64,000 nucleotides of DNA from assembly GCA_031414595.1 (NCBI GenBank), contig JANNVX010000018.1, positions 96,001-160,000 of the forward strand, read 5' to 3'. The DNA is from Deinococcales bacterium. Its GTDB lineage: Bacteria > Deinococcota > Deinococci > Deinococcales > JAAFIG01. The position numbers were made by a program, and so were the translations under genes. This document shows positions 22,774-33,500 of the stretch, piece by piece. The notes below the pieces were generated by a model. It worked only from the letters and a program-made list of their open reading frames with translations, did not search any database and had not been told where the DNA came from. Numbering within the stretch: the first letter of the stretch is position 1; every line of letters starts with the position of its first letter.

Positions 22774-23645
22774 TGAAATACTTGGTGCTGCTGCTTGTCT
22801 TGTTGTTCTCGGATGCTTTGGCGCAGACTCGAGACGCTTGGGCAGCCCCTTGGGATGGTTATTTTCTGCCGCTCGGCACAGCCCCAATAGCGGGTGGTTG
22901 TGCCATAGACGCTGGGTTTCGGATTGCCAATTACCTCAGTTACAATTCGGGCGCATGGGGCAATATCAATACCGATGTTGAGGTCTGGACAGCCAAAATT
23001 GGAATTCGAGCCTCGAGTCCAATTGGTGAATTTAGTGCCGCCATTCCAATCTATTTGGCATGGGGCGGAATCCTAGACCCTGTGCTAAATGTGATTCATC
23101 GCTGGCTTGGGGTTGGGGTTAGCCCAGAGCCGCCGCTTTCCGAAATTCGCTACAGTTTAGCCACTGGCGAAAGCAAAATTGTCGGTGGTACACGCTTCGG
23201 CATTGGCGACGCGCTGCTTTCTTGGGCGTACAACCTCGAGCCGTTTTGGGTACGAACCACTCTAGGTATTCCAACGGGTGATGCAAACCAGTTTTTTGGT
23301 TCTGGCGGCTGGCGAATTCAACTGTCGGCAGGTCTCGAGCAGAAATTATTCGGGGTGCAAATCGGAGTTTTAATTCCGCTTGGGATACAAACTGCTATTG
23401 AGGTCTTCAAACCACAAGCCAGTCTGCAAATGCGATTTTGGTGGCAACTGCCGTATCAATTACCTCTGCTGCTCGAGCTTCATGCTACTACTAGCCCTGT
23501 GCAAATCGGTGGACAATTTGCGGCTACGGTCATTGCAATTCGGTTTGTTTGGCAGACCAATGCAGGGCAGTTTAGTTTTGTTGAAGATATTTCACCAACC
23601 CTCCCAGATGTGGTTTTGGCTTGGGATGGAAGATTTTTATGCTAG
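22773..23645 (+). CDS. Secreted probable beta-barrel protein (DUF3187-like)
   Basis: Signal peptide MKYLVLLLVLLFSDALA; GGILDPVLNVIHRWLG, GIGDA, IPTGD...GSG segments. Confidence 0.55.
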   Translation: MKYLVLLLVLLFSDALAQTRDAWAAPWDGYFLPLGTAPIAGGCAIDAGFRIANYLSYNSGAWGNINTDVEVWTAKIGIRASSPIGEFSAAIPIYLAWGGILDPVLNVIHRWLGVGVSPEPPLSEIRYSLATGESKIVGGTRFGIGDALLSWAYNLEPFWVRTTLGIPTGDANQFFGSGGWRIQLSAGLEQKLFGVQIGVLIPLGIQTAIEVFKPQASLQMRFWWQLPYQLPLLLELHATTSPVQIGGQFAATVIAIRFVWQTNAGQFSFVEDISPTLPDVVLAWDGRFLC

Positions 23646-23652
23646 ATAAAAC

Positions 23653-23690
23653 TTGACATGCTCTGACTTTGTGACTACATTGTAATTACA
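23653..23690 (+). promoter_or_regulatory. mazEF promoter with autoregulatory palindromes
   Basis: TTGACA-17-TACATT overlapped by TGTGACTACA-T-TGTAATTACA. Confidence 0.75.
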
Positions 23691-23704
23691 AAGGAAGTGT
23701 TTTT

Positions 23705-23965
23705 ATGCTAACTACTCATACGCAATTGGTGAAAATTGGTAATTCCCAAGGGATTCGGATTCCAAAAGTGATGCTCGAGCAACTGGATTTTGAGGGTGGC
23801 GTAGAACTCATTGTTTCAGCTAAACAACTGATTGTGCGTTCTAAACGAATACCGAGACAAGGCTGGGCAGAACAATTTAAGCAAATGCACAAGTTGGGCG
23901 AAGATCAATTGCTTGAACCAGAAATCATAGAAACCACTTGGGAAAAAGAAGAATGGCAGTGGTAA
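23705..23965 (+). CDS. mazE: AbrB/MazE family antitoxin
   Basis: VKIGNSQGIRIPK swapped-hairpin motif, acidic C-terminus (EEWQW). Confidence 0.9.
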   Translation: MLTTHTQLVKIGNSQGIRIPKVMLEQLDFEGGVELIVSAKQLIVRSKRIPRQGWAEQFKQMHKLGEDQLLEPEIIETTWEKEEWQW

Positions 23966-24276
23966 GTCGTTTTGAAGTTTATTTGGTCAATCTCGAGCCA
24001 ACTGTTGGTGCAGAAATTCAAAAGATTCGCCCATGTGTGATTGTCTCACCAGATGAAATGAACGACCATATTCAAACCGTGATTATTGCGCCAATGACCA
24101 CAAAAACTCGGCAATTCCCAAGTCGAGTAGCTTGTCAATTTGAGAACAAAGCCGCTTTTGTTGTGCTAGACCAGCTACGAACCCTTGATAAAATAAGACT
24201 GGGAAAATACTTGGGTAAACTCGAGCTTCAAACTCAAGCAGAAATTCTTGGTGTTTTACGCGAAATGTTTGAATAA
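23953..24276 (+). CDS. mazF: PemK/MazF family toxin
   Basis: PTVGAEIQKIRPCVIVS, APMTT, DQLRTLDKIRL. Confidence 0.92.
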   Translation: MAVVSRFEVYLVNLEPTVGAEIQKIRPCVIVSPDEMNDHIQTVIIAPMTTKTRQFPSRVACQFENKAAFVVLDQLRTLDKIRLGKYLGKLELQTQAEILGVLREMFE

Positions 24277-24278
24277 TA

Positions 24279-25595
24279 CTATCTGGTTAATTCCTTTCTT
24301 GCCGTACTGACTACATCGGTTAGACTCAAATCTGCCCAACCTTTGGATGTGCCAATAGCGCGTTTGTAAACCTCGAGAATCCGTTTGGTCATGGTGGTGT
24401 GCGACCCTTCAATAAAGGCAAAGGCTTTAGCGGCTGCCGCAAACTCGAGGCGTTTGGGTTCGTTTTGCAGTAGCTCCAAGGCTTTATCGGCAAAAGCCTG
24501 TGGGTCGGTAGGGTCTACTAAGAATCCTGTTTTTCCATCTAGTACACAAGTCGTGATGCCCATTTCGGCTCGTGCCACAACGGGGCAACTGCACACATTG
24601 GCTTCGAGGGCAACTAAGCCTTGGGTTTCGCTTACGCTGGCAAAAACAAATAAATGAGCGTGTTGATAATAGCCACTGACTTCGGTGTTTGCCACATAAC
24701 CCGTGAACGTCACGGCTTGCTCGAGTTTAAGTGTTTTGCAGTAGGCTTCTAAGGTTTTGCGCTCAGGACCGTCACCAACAATAATCAGGTGCGTTTTGGG
24801 CATGGCAGTGTGAATCAACTTAAAACGGTCAAGGAGTGCGTCTATGGATTTTTCCTTACCGATTCTCGAGACGGTCAGCAATCGCTTATGGTCTTTTGGA
24901 ATGTTGTGCTTTGGGAATGGGTCGGGTTTAGGTAAGGCTAATGCCTCGAGGTTGATACCGTTCGGCACAACTGAAATCGGACTTTGCACACCCATTTCCA
25001 CCAGTTCATCCGCCATTGGTGCGGCTGGACTAATAATCTCTAAGTTACGATTGCACAACCATTGGTCTATTCGGGCGGCTAAGGCTTGGGTGCGGTGTTC
25101 TAAACCATCACTCAGGCGCTGCGAAACTCTGGTGCGGCTTCTCGAGCCGCGCACATACCAGCGTTTATCGTTCATTAACCATGACATTGTGGCATAAAAC
25201 GGGGCGTAATGCACGTAATCCCTGAATCTTGTGTGGTAAGTCATGACCACAGGAACATTCAGTAAGCGCCCAATGCCTAAACCAATCACTGGCATGACCA
25301 CGCCGTGGGTGTGAATAATATCAAATTTCTTTTGCCTGAACTCGAGAATTTTGCGTAAACTAGGTGGAAACGCATACCGTTGCTCTGGTTGCGGGCGGTA
25401 CGTGGTTGAACGAACCCGAATCACATTGGCTTCTGGTATTTGCTGCGGGTGTTTTGGGGCAACAATCGTCACAACATGCCCCATTTCCTCGAGTCCACGT
25501 TTTAGATTGACCACACTGGTGACGACCCCGTTAATTTGAGGCGTATAAGTATCGGTAAAAAGAGCGACCCGTAAAGGGCGGTTTGTTTGAGCCAT
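24279..25595 (-). CDS. GT4 glycosyltransferase (glycolipid synthase-like)
   Basis: FTDTYTPQINGV, YHT, SRIGKEK, SETQGLVALEA. Confidence 0.88.
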   Translation of the reverse strand: MAQTNRPLRVALFTDTYTPQINGVVTSVVNLKRGLEEMGHVVTIVAPKHPQQIPEANVIRVRSTTYRPQPEQRYAFPPSLRKILEFRQKKFDIIHTHGVVMPVIGLGIGRLLNVPVVMTYHTRFRDYVHYAPFYATMSWLMNDKRWYVRGSRSRTRVSQRLSDGLEHRTQALAARIDQWLCNRNLEIISPAAPMADELVEMGVQSPISVVPNGINLEALALPKPDPFPKHNIPKDHKRLLTVSRIGKEKSIDALLDRFKLIHTAMPKTHLIIVGDGPERKTLEAYCKTLKLEQAVTFTGYVANTEVSGYYQHAHLFVFASVSETQGLVALEANVCSCPVVARAEMGITTCVLDGKTGFLVDPTDPQAFADKALELLQNEPKRLEFAAAAKAFAFIEGSHTTMTKRILEVYKRAIGTSKGWADLSLTDVVSTARKELTR

Positions 25596-25633
25596 AAAGT
25601 AGTTTACGCGATTTTGTGGCTCAAGCGCAGGGT

Positions 25634-26200
25634 TTAATTGAAGGCTGCTTTTGGCTGTATGTTTTGGCTTAAACCTTGGTGCAGTAATTCTTGACGCAGT
25701 TGCTTGGTGCTGCCCGACAAAACAATGATTTTTGCGTGGTCAAGCGCCATTATCGTGGTGTTTTGATGCTGATAATCGGTTTCGTAAACCGACCAAGCCA
25801 TAAACGGGGCGATACTTTTGGCACAAATCATGGCAGCACTGATGTCCGGCACAACGATTTCGCTGTAGGCTTGGCGTTTTTGTTCGTCTAAAAGCCGCAT
25901 TGCTTCGAGTAAAACTGCACTGGCATTCAAAAACATTGTGCGGCTGATAGCTTGTTTAACAAACTTAAAGTAACCAGTCTGGCGACCCACAATTTCTAAG
26001 GCGGCTTTCATACCGTGTAAGCGCAGATGCTCGAGATGGGTAATCACCCCACGCTCCAAATGCAGCGTTGCCCCATTGACTTGCAGCACACCAGTGGACT
26101 GACTTTCAATTAAGTAGGCAATTAGCGACCCCATGCCGTCTACGTGTTCAAGAATGCCTTCTAAGTAACCTGAGGTGATAACCGTCTGATTGCTGGACAT
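25634..26200 (-). CDS. DUF4388 (PatA-N-like) domain protein
   Basis: LEGILE...TGVLQV...G.I.H...GYFKF...LLEAMRLLDE pattern; AGGAG RBS before ATG 26200. Confidence 0.7.
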   Translation of the reverse strand: MSSNQTVITSGYLEGILEHVDGMGSLIAYLIESQSTGVLQVNGATLHLERGVITHLEHLRLHGMKAALEIVGRQTGYFKFVKQAISRTMFLNASAVLLEAMRLLDEQKRQAYSEIVVPDISAAMICAKSIAPFMAWSVYETDYQHQNTTIMALDHAKIIVLSGSTKQLRQELLHQGLSQNIQPKAAFN

Positions 26201-26394
26201 AAATTCTCCTAATCTATAGCTTCTAGGCAATGCCTTTGATGCTTAAAAGAATAGTTCTACAGCAGTTTTTTGTCGTCCACCCTTGAGTCTGGGATAAAGC
26301 CCAACTTTGGAATAGGAAGGGGATTTTGTGTTGTACGGTTTTCTCATTTCACGATGATGGGCAAAACCCAACTTGCTTGACGCTCAGGCTGTTT

Positions 26395-29300
26395 TTATGC
26401 CTCGAGCCTTAAGTGTTTTACTGGCTCGAGGCGGGTAAAGCGTTTGTTCTCGAGTAGGTAAAACAGGGCAGGTACAACATACAGCGTAAGAATTGTGGTG
26501 GTCAGTAAGCCCCCAAATATGATTGTGCCAAGTCCGCGCCGTAATTCTGCCCCTTCGCCACCACCAAGAATCAGGGGAATGCTAATCACCATCACGGTTA
26601 GCGTGGTCATGATGATTGGTCGTAAACGCAGTCCTCCCGAAGAAATCAGGGCTTCGGCTAGGGTCATGGTCTTGCTGCGCTCAACCACAAAATCCAGAAG
26701 TAAAATCGCATTTTTGGTACTTAAACCAATCAAGACAACCATGCCAAGTACACCAATCACATCAAAGCCAATCCCAGACAGTGCCAGCGCCCAGACTCCG
26801 CCAACGATGGCAAGTGGGACGGGGACAAGTAAGTAAATCGGGTAACGAAAACTATTAAATTGTGCGCCTAAGACTAAGTAATTAAGAATTAAAGCCAAAC
26901 CGATAGCAATCGGGGCAAAGCGTACCAAGTCGCCAGTTAAGGCAGCATCAGAACTCGAATCGCCACTGCCAAAACGCACTTGGTCATCAAGGACTTTTTG
27001 ACTTATTAAGCGCTGCTCGAGGTCGGTGGTAAAGGCACTGGCAGCATCGGTAGACTTAAAATTAACGTTGATTCTGGCAGAATAGGCTTTGTTGTTGCGG
27101 TTAATTGTGGTCGGGGCTTCGCGCAGTTCAAAATGTCCGAGTTCGCCAATCGGTAAGCTCACCCCAAGGCTGGGGGCTAGTATGGGTAAGCCGAGTAAGG
27201 CTTGGGTATCGGTGATGGTTTCGGGACGTAAGCCAACCATAATCGGGATGCTTTCGCCGTTCGGTGAGCGCATTTCGCCAGCTTTGCTCCCCTCGAGTGA
27301 TTCGCGTAAGACATTGGCTAGGTCAGCACTGCTCAGTCCTGTGCGCTCGAGTTGAATCAAATTTGGAATAAAAACCCGTTCTGGGGCGCTGATACCTAAG
27401 CTGCTGCGGCTGCTGGCAACCCTGGGGTCAGCACGAATGGCTTTTAGGACAGCCAAGTGCCGAGCCTCGAGCAATTCTTGGCTTTGGGCGTTGAGAATAA
27501 TCGTTGTACCTGTACCTGTGCTGCCTTCTTCACCAGCCAAAACCCGAACTTCGGCTTCTGGGTTTTTGGCAAATAAGGTTTTGACTTGGCTGCGCCATTT
27601 TTCTACCAGCACAAATACATTCTGGCGTTCTTTGGGTGGTATTAACTCGAGGTTGAGACTGGCACTGTCGCTGTTGACAGTGGTGGTGGTGCTTTTGACC
27701 TCAATCTGCGCGGCAGCAAATCGTTCTAATCGCCGCGTCAGGGCATCGGTGGTTTGGAGGTTTGTGCCTGATGGAAGGCTGAGTTGAATCGTGGCAATAC
27801 TGTTATCCGAAGCGGTTTGGAAGGTAAAAGGCACAAGCCCAAATGCCATGCCGCCAGAAAGTAAAAACAGAACGGCGGCAATCAGAACAATCGGTGACAA
27901 GCGCAAAACTACCCTTAAACTGCCTTCATAGCCACCCCGCAACCACTCGAGAAAACTGTTGGTCACAGTAAACATGGCATTACTTAAAGTTGTAAAAAGA
28001 GTAAACGCAAATACCACGGTGTGGCGTAAAACCCAGAGCAGCAAAGGATAGAGTAAAACACCCAGCACCGCCCACGGACTGACAAAATACAGTCCGAGTG
28101 CCAAACCAAGCCCACCAAGCCAGCCTAGCCAATTTTTGAGGATACCAATTGTCCAAATGGTACTGGCTCGAGCCTCGAGTAAACTGCTAAATGCCCCACG
28201 CCACGATTTAGGTTTTGGGTCTGGGGTATACGCCATGCGTACCGTTAAAAAGAAAATTGCCTCGAGCCACGAGAAAAAAATCGCGGCAGCTAAACCAAGT
28301 GCAAATTCCCTGAAGAACTGCCCAACGATACCAGGTAAGAAACTAATTGGCAGTAAGACCGCCAGCAACGACCAAGTTGCTGCACTGACGGCACTAAAAA
28401 TCTCGGATGTACCTTTAAGCACCGCCTCTATTCTCGAGTAACCCATATGGATGTAGCGCTCAACATTCTCGGCAACCACAATGCTGTCATCCACCACAAT
28501 ACCCATGGCGACAATTAGGGCAAGTAAGGTAATGATATTTAAGCTAAAACCCATCAGCGAAAAAAGTAAAGGGGCAGCCGCCAATGAAATCGGAATGGCT
28601 AGAATAACCGCAAAAGCGGTGTTGACTTTACCAAGTGCCATCAAGCAGATGATGGCAACCGCGATTGCCACCAAAATACCTTCTTTAAGGGTGTCATCAA
28701 CACTGTGCTGGATATAACTAGCGCCGTCGCCAACGGTTGTAATCGTAAAACCAGTCGGTATATTCACACCAGCCAAAGCCGCCCTCGAGTCGCGTACCAC
28801 ACTGACGGTATTGGAAATACTGGTTTTACGAAGGCTCAGTAACACCACAGCTTGCCCATTGACCCGAGAGTATGACTCGAGTTTAGATTCGCTGCTTCTG
28901 ACAAAAGCCACGTCCAGTACCCGTAAACCACGACTAGCATCTATTTGAATGGCTTCGATGTCCTCCACACTTTGCAAAATGTTGCGGGTGGTGATGCCAA
29001 CCCTACGTCCGTTAGCATCAAGCGTACCAGCTGGCAACTCGAGACTCTGATTTTGGATTGCCGCACTGACCTGAGCGGCGGTTAAGTTATAGCTGCTGAG
29101 TTTATCAGGCTCGAGCCTGACTTGAACTTCGCGTTTAGACGCACCGAGTAGCTGCACCGCACTAACCCCAGAAACACGCTCAAGCACAGGTTTAAGGTTC
29201 TTATCTGCCCATGTACGGGCAGCCTGTAAACCCTTGGGACTCGAGATGGCAATTTGCAGCACAGGTACAGCCGCCAAATCAAATTTTTCAACCACTGGTG

Positions 29301-29724
29301 CATTGGCGGCACTTGGTAATTCGGCACGGAGACTCGAGACTCGTCCTGCCAATTCATTGGCAGCACTGTCTATATTTGTGCCATTCTTAAAATTGATGAT
29401 CACTTGGCTAAAACCAGCCCCCGAGGTGCTGCTGATGTCGGTCACACCAGCAAGGGTCGAAATGTTGTCCTCAATAATTTTGGAAACACGCCTGTCCATG
29501 TCTAGCGGCGTACCACCGGGGTAGACTGTGGTGATGGACAAAACAGGGATACTCAGGGTTGGGTATAAGTTCACACCCAATCCGGGTATGGCAACCAGCC
29601 CAAACAACACCACAGCTAAGAACATCCCGATTGCCAGAACATAGCGTTTGATCATAAATGCAATCGCGGGATTGGTTTTGACGGTTTGGCTGTCAGAATC
29701 GGTCATGGTTTGGCGGTGGTTCAT
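26395..29724 (-). CDS. RND efflux permease (AcrB/AcrD/AcrF family)
   Basis: GIVVDDSIVVAEN, KNAILLLDF, RLRPIIMTT. Confidence 0.95.
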   Translation of the reverse strand: MNHRQTMTDSDSQTVKTNPAIAFMIKRYVLAIGMFLAVVLFGLVAIPGLGVNLYPTLSIPVLSITTVYPGGTPLDMDRRVSKIIEDNISTLAGVTDISSTSGAGFSQVIINFKNGTNIDSAANELAGRVSSLRAELPSAANAPVVEKFDLAAVPVLQIAISSPKGLQAARTWADKNLKPVLERVSGVSAVQLLGASKREVQVRLEPDKLSSYNLTAAQVSAAIQNQSLELPAGTLDANGRRVGITTRNILQSVEDIEAIQIDASRGLRVLDVAFVRSSESKLESYSRVNGQAVVLLSLRKTSISNTVSVVRDSRAALAGVNIPTGFTITTVGDGASYIQHSVDDTLKEGILVAIAVAIICLMALGKVNTAFAVILAIPISLAAAPLLFSLMGFSLNIITLLALIVAMGIVVDDSIVVAENVERYIHMGYSRIEAVLKGTSEIFSAVSAATWSLLAVLLPISFLPGIVGQFFREFALGLAAAIFFSWLEAIFFLTVRMAYTPDPKPKSWRGAFSSLLEARASTIWTIGILKNWLGWLGGLGLALGLYFVSPWAVLGVLLYPLLLWVLRHTVVFAFTLFTTLSNAMFTVTNSFLEWLRGGYEGSLRVVLRLSPIVLIAAVLFLLSGGMAFGLVPFTFQTASDNSIATIQLSLPSGTNLQTTDALTRRLERFAAAQIEVKSTTTTVNSDSASLNLELIPPKERQNVFVLVEKWRSQVKTLFAKNPEAEVRVLAGEEGSTGTGTTIILNAQSQELLEARHLAVLKAIRADPRVASSRSSLGISAPERVFIPNLIQLERTGLSSADLANVLRESLEGSKAGEMRSPNGESIPIMVGLRPETITDTQALLGLPILAPSLGVSLPIGELGHFELREAPTTINRNNKAYSARINVNFKSTDAASAFTTDLEQRLISQKVLDDQVRFGSGDSSSDAALTGDLVRFAPIAIGLALILNYLVLGAQFNSFRYPIYLLVPVPLAIVGGVWALALSGIGFDVIGVLGMVVLIGLSTKNAILLLDFVVERSKTMTLAEALISSGGLRLRPIIMTTLTVMVISIPLILGGGEGAELRRGLGTIIFGGLLTTTILTLYVVPALFYLLENKRFTRLEPVKHLRLEA

Positions 29725-31040
29725 GGTTTCACCACGCTGACTATTGCTCCTGGCTCGAGCGCGGCTGGAACAGGAAAAACCACCACTGCCCCGCTTGGAA
29801 TCCCCGAAACCGCAACTTGACCGGCACTTTCGGACAGCACCCGAACGGCTGCCCGTCCTGCAGTGTTATTTTTAACAAGGTAGACAAAGTAATTCTGCCC
29901 TTCGGCACGAAGCGCCGCCGATGGCAAAATCACCCCTTTAGCCAGTCGTAAATTGTACTCGAGGCGAATGGTCGTACCAAGTTTCAAACCCGTTAAATTT
30001 TGATTTGGTAAAATTCTGCCACGCAAGCGCACCAAACGATTCTCCGATGGCACTCGAGCCTCCTCCGAAACTTTTGCAGCAACTCGTTTGCCCTGCACGA
30101 CAACACTGAGCCGTGTTCCTGTTTTTAGTAAATCGGCATCAAAAGCTGGCACTTGAAAAACCAATTTCAGGCTACTCGGGTCAATCAAACGCAGCACTTT
30201 AGTACCTGCGGTGGCAAATTCACCTGTTTCTACAAAAACCTCGGCAATTTCACCCGTAAAAGGTGCTTTGACACTGGCTCGAGCCACATCTGCTTGCAAC
30301 TGCACCACCCGATTTTGTGCCTGCGCCACTGCAATACGTTGGCTTTCTAAGCCCTCAGAAGTTGCCCGACCAATCCGCCCCAAAGCCGCCCGTGCTGTCT
30401 CGAGTTCGGTCTGGGTATTTTTTAGTGCGGCTTGCGAATTTTGCAATTCGACTAAGGAAACTCCACCCAAGGCATAAATTTTTTGATTGGCTGTCACAAT
30501 TCGGGCTGCATTATCCACTGCCACCAGACTCGAGGACAAGCGCAAACGTGCCTGACTTGCATCCTCTGGATTCTGGCGTGTTGCCGAACGCCACGCCACT
30601 TGTGCCGAAGTGAGGGCTAAACGCGCATCTTCAAGGGCATTTTGGGTTTGCGCCGACTCGAGCAGCAAAATGGTCTCGCCAGCTTTGACCAAAGCACCAG
30701 CTCGTTTCAGGATTTTTAAGACCCGCCCAGAAGCCTCCGCAACCACGTTAGCATCAGTAACTGCAACCAAGTTCGCACTGACGCTTCTCGAAGTGCTAAG
30801 AACACCCTCAGTGCTTTTGATCACCTGAACAGCAGTCCGTTCAATAACAGGCTGAGAGGTAATAGGTTGAGCCGCTTTGGTTTCCTCGGCGCAGGACAAG
30901 AGGCTCGAGGACAGAAAAAGCGCGACTAGGAGTTTTGGCAAAAGCGCGGGTGTGGCAGGGCGATGACTACGGAAACTCATGTTATTCATGCGTAGGGGCG
31001 AACCTTGTGTTCGCCCCATAACAGATGATTCATCGGTCAT
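29721..31040 (-). CDS. RND periplasmic adaptor (membrane fusion protein)
   Basis: Lipobox-like LLSC, lipoyl halves (SGRV..., VKAPFTGEI), coiled coil; start could be 31040, 30989 or 30980. Confidence 0.88.
   Translation of the reverse strand: MTDESSVMGRTQGSPLRMNNMSFRSHRPATPALLPKLLVALFLSSSLLSCAEETKAAQPITSQPVIERTAVQVIKSTEGVLSTSRSVSANLVAVTDANVVAEASGRVLKILKRAGALVKAGETILLLESAQTQNALEDARLALTSAQVAWRSATRQNPEDASQARLRLSSSLVAVDNAARIVTANQKIYALGGVSLVELQNSQAALKNTQTELETARAALGRIGRATSEGLESQRIAVAQAQNRVVQLQADVARASVKAPFTGEIAEVFVETGEFATAGTKVLRLIDPSSLKLVFQVPAFDADLLKTGTRLSVVVQGKRVAAKVSEEARVPSENRLVRLRGRILPNQNLTGLKLGTTIRLEYNLRLAKGVILPSAALRAEGQNYFVYLVKNNTAGRAAVRVLSESAGQVAVSGIPSGAVVVFPVPAALEPGAIVSVVKP
30992..31017 (+). 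repeat. GTAG-type REP element
   Basis: GTAG-GGGCGAAC-CTTGT-GTTCGCCC; identical 25-mer inverted at 59547-59571. Confidence 0.85.
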
Positions 31041-32086
31041 GACCCTTTCACCAATCCTGTCACGTCAACCCCTGCGGCTAGGCTCAAGCCTGATATAGCC
31101 CGCAAGTACCCATTTTCGGCTCGAGCCACCGATTGTTTGGCTTGTAACTCGGTCAATTGGGTTGCCTCGAGTTGAACTTTTGAGATTAACCCTTGTTTCA
31201 GGCGCTCCTCGTCATTTTTGGTGTTACGGGTGGCGACGGTTAAGTTCTGCTTGGCGACCCCAATGCCTTCGGCAGCCGCATTGACCGTGCGAATGGTGTC
31301 TCGAAAGGTATTGACGGCGCGGCGTTTAGTGCTGGCAAGCGCACGGCGGGCATTCTCGAGTCCCGATGCAGCCTCGCGTTTTTGTTGTTCTGGGGTGTAA
31401 TCGTTGTCGGTAATTTTGACGTTTAGCTCGGCAAATTCTACCGCTTGGATGGCTTGAACCAGTTGTGGTGCGCGGTCTTCAAGGTTCTGCTCGAGTTCGG
31501 CAATGTTTAATTTTACCGCCCTATACGCTGGTGCTTCGGCGATATTGACTTCTGCCCCACGTGCTAAACCCAACACCCGCGCAAGGCGTGCCATGATCAC
31601 AGGACGGGAGGCTTTGGTGTCTGACAATTGTTGTTGCACACCTGCTACATCGGTTTCGGCGCGTTGGACATCTACAGGTGTGGCAGTTCGGGCTTGCAGT
31701 CGGGCTTTGGTGATTTCAAGGGTGCGGCTGACGAGTTTTAATTGTGCCTCGAGAACTTCTACTGCGTCTTTGGCTTCGGCTAAATTAAGAAATTCACTGA
31801 CAGTTTCGTTGCTTACGTCTAGTCGCACACTGGCGAGTTGGGCGGTACTTATTTCTGCGCTGTGCTTGGCTTGTAATAAATCGGTAATCAGGGCGGTTGG
31901 GTCGGCATTGCGAGCGGCGAATGTTCGATTGGCTAAAACCAAGGCATTCTCGGCATTTTTAATATCGCTATTGGCTTCCAGTGCCATAACCACCCCACGT
32001 TCAAGGGTCAGTAATGCTGGGGTCTGAGCGATGACAACAGAAGAAAGGGCAATAAAAGCAAGCGAGATTAAACTAGGGATTTTCAT
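31037..32086 (-). CDS. TolC-family outer-membrane efflux protein (short type)
   Basis: Signal peptide, LTLERGV..AL..N, helical OEP repeats; operon context. Confidence 0.8.
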   Translation of the reverse strand: MKIPSLISLAFIALSSVVIAQTPALLTLERGVVMALEANSDIKNAENALVLANRTFAARNADPTALITDLLQAKHSAEISTAQLASVRLDVSNETVSEFLNLAEAKDAVEVLEAQLKLVSRTLEITKARLQARTATPVDVQRAETDVAGVQQQLSDTKASRPVIMARLARVLGLARGAEVNIAEAPAYRAVKLNIAELEQNLEDRAPQLVQAIQAVEFAELNVKITDNDYTPEQQKREAASGLENARRALASTKRRAVNTFRDTIRTVNAAAEGIGVAKQNLTVATRNTKNDEERLKQGLISKVQLEATQLTELQAKQSVARAENGYLRAISGLSLAAGVDVTGLVKGS

Positions 32087-33465
32087 AATAGACTCCTAAA
32101 ATCGGTGTACTCGAGTGGCTTAAGGCTGGCAAAGAACTGATAGGTACTTAAAATGCTTTGCTGACTGGCATTTTGGACTTCTCGAGTGGCTTGGGCTTCG
32201 AGTAGTTTGCTTTGCTCGAGTTCCAGTGTGGTGCTGAGTCCTGCGGTCACTCGAGCTTCGGTATCGGTTCGGCGCTGCCGACTGGTTTCAAGGTTGGCTT
32301 TTGCCAATTCCACTTGGGCATTGGCAGCGAGGTATTGGAAAAATTTAGTTTGTACCTCGAGTTCGATGTTATTTTGGGTGTTCTCAAGAATAAGCTGCGT
32401 GGTTTGTAGCACAGCTTTAGCGGTGTCTATTCGAGCCTCATTGCTTGGGGCAAGAATCGGAATACTGATTTGCAAACTAATGCTGGTGGCACTGGCACTA
32501 CTGGCATTGGGGCTGTACGCACCGTTTAGGCTGAGTACGCCGGTGCCTAGATTCAGGCTTGTTCCGATTTGTGTACCTGTGGGTTTGCCATCGCTGCCGA
32601 TACCACTGACCGTGGCGTTAATACCAAAATTGGGTAGCCACCTATCTCGTGTGGCGATTGCCAAGTTATCTTCGGCTTCGCGTAAGTTAATCAAAGCCCG
32701 ACGAAGGTCTTGTCGGCTGATTTGGGCTTGTTTGATGTAAGCAGCTAAGTTACCTTCTTCGATTAAAATAGGTTTAAGGCTGCTGACTAAAATAAGCTCT
32801 TTAGGGGTTTGCCCGAGGTTAATCAAAAAACCACGAATGGTGTTGTTTTTGAGACTCCCAATGGCTTGTAGGTTAGCTTCAGCACTTTTTAGTGCAGCCT
32901 CGGCTGTCAGAACAGCTTCTCGAGTTGTGGTTTTGGCAACCAATTGCGCTTGGGTGATTTGCAAGCGCAACTTGGCAAAAGTCAGGTTTTGAGTTGCCAG
33001 TACCAGATCGGATTGTAAAAGTTGAATCGTCAAATACTGGTTAAGCAGTTGCAATTGTAAATTACTTCGGGTCTCGAGTAAATCGAGTTTAGCCCGTTCC
33101 AGATTGCGTTCGGCAACACGGACAGCATCAAAAGCTGGACTCCACGGCAGGACTATAAGACTGGCTTGGGCATTGACCGAACCCATAAAAGCCGTACCAT
33201 TCAAAGCTGGGTCAGTAGGACTCGAGACTTGATTGCGGCTGCCCTCTGCACCAATCGTGACGGTCAAACCAGCCGCACCTCTGGCAATAGCAAGGCTGCG
33301 TTCTGCCGTCAAGTACACTTGGTCAGATGTTCGCCAAGTGAGGCTCTGGGGTAATAATTTCCAAGCCTCCTCGAGCGTCAAAGCTGTTTGTGCCAAAGCA
33401 ACTGGTGTTAAACATAAAAGTAGGCTTAGGGTAACGAATGTTGCTGTTAATAAAAATCTCTGCAT
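32083..33465 (-). CDS. TolC-family outer-membrane efflux protein
   Basis: AGGAGG RBS, signal peptide, LTLEEA, RQDL, WLPNF, ISIPI OEP features. Confidence 0.82.
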   Translation of the reverse strand: MQRFLLTATFVTLSLLLCLTPVALAQTALTLEEAWKLLPQSLTWRTSDQVYLTAERSLAIARGAAGLTVTIGAEGSRNQVSSPTDPALNGTAFMGSVNAQASLIVLPWSPAFDAVRVAERNLERAKLDLLETRSNLQLQLLNQYLTIQLLQSDLVLATQNLTFAKLRLQITQAQLVAKTTTREAVLTAEAALKSAEANLQAIGSLKNNTIRGFLINLGQTPKELILVSSLKPILIEEGNLAAYIKQAQISRQDLRRALINLREAEDNLAIATRDRWLPNFGINATVSGIGSDGKPTGTQIGTSLNLGTGVLSLNGAYSPNASSASATSISLQISIPILAPSNEARIDTAKAVLQTTQLILENTQNNIELEVQTKFFQYLAANAQVELAKANLETSRQRRTDTEARVTAGLSTTLELEQSKLLEAQATREVQNASQQSILSTYQFFASLKPLEYTDFRSLL

Positions 33466-33500
33466 CTTTACCTCCTGATGCAGAGTTTCTACGATTACTT

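Noticed and set aside
26355-26392. c-di-GMP-I riboswitch (GGGCAAAACCC...GACGC)
   Set aside because: It is on the wrong strand for the downstream gene and lacks the GAAA tetraloop/receptor architecture.
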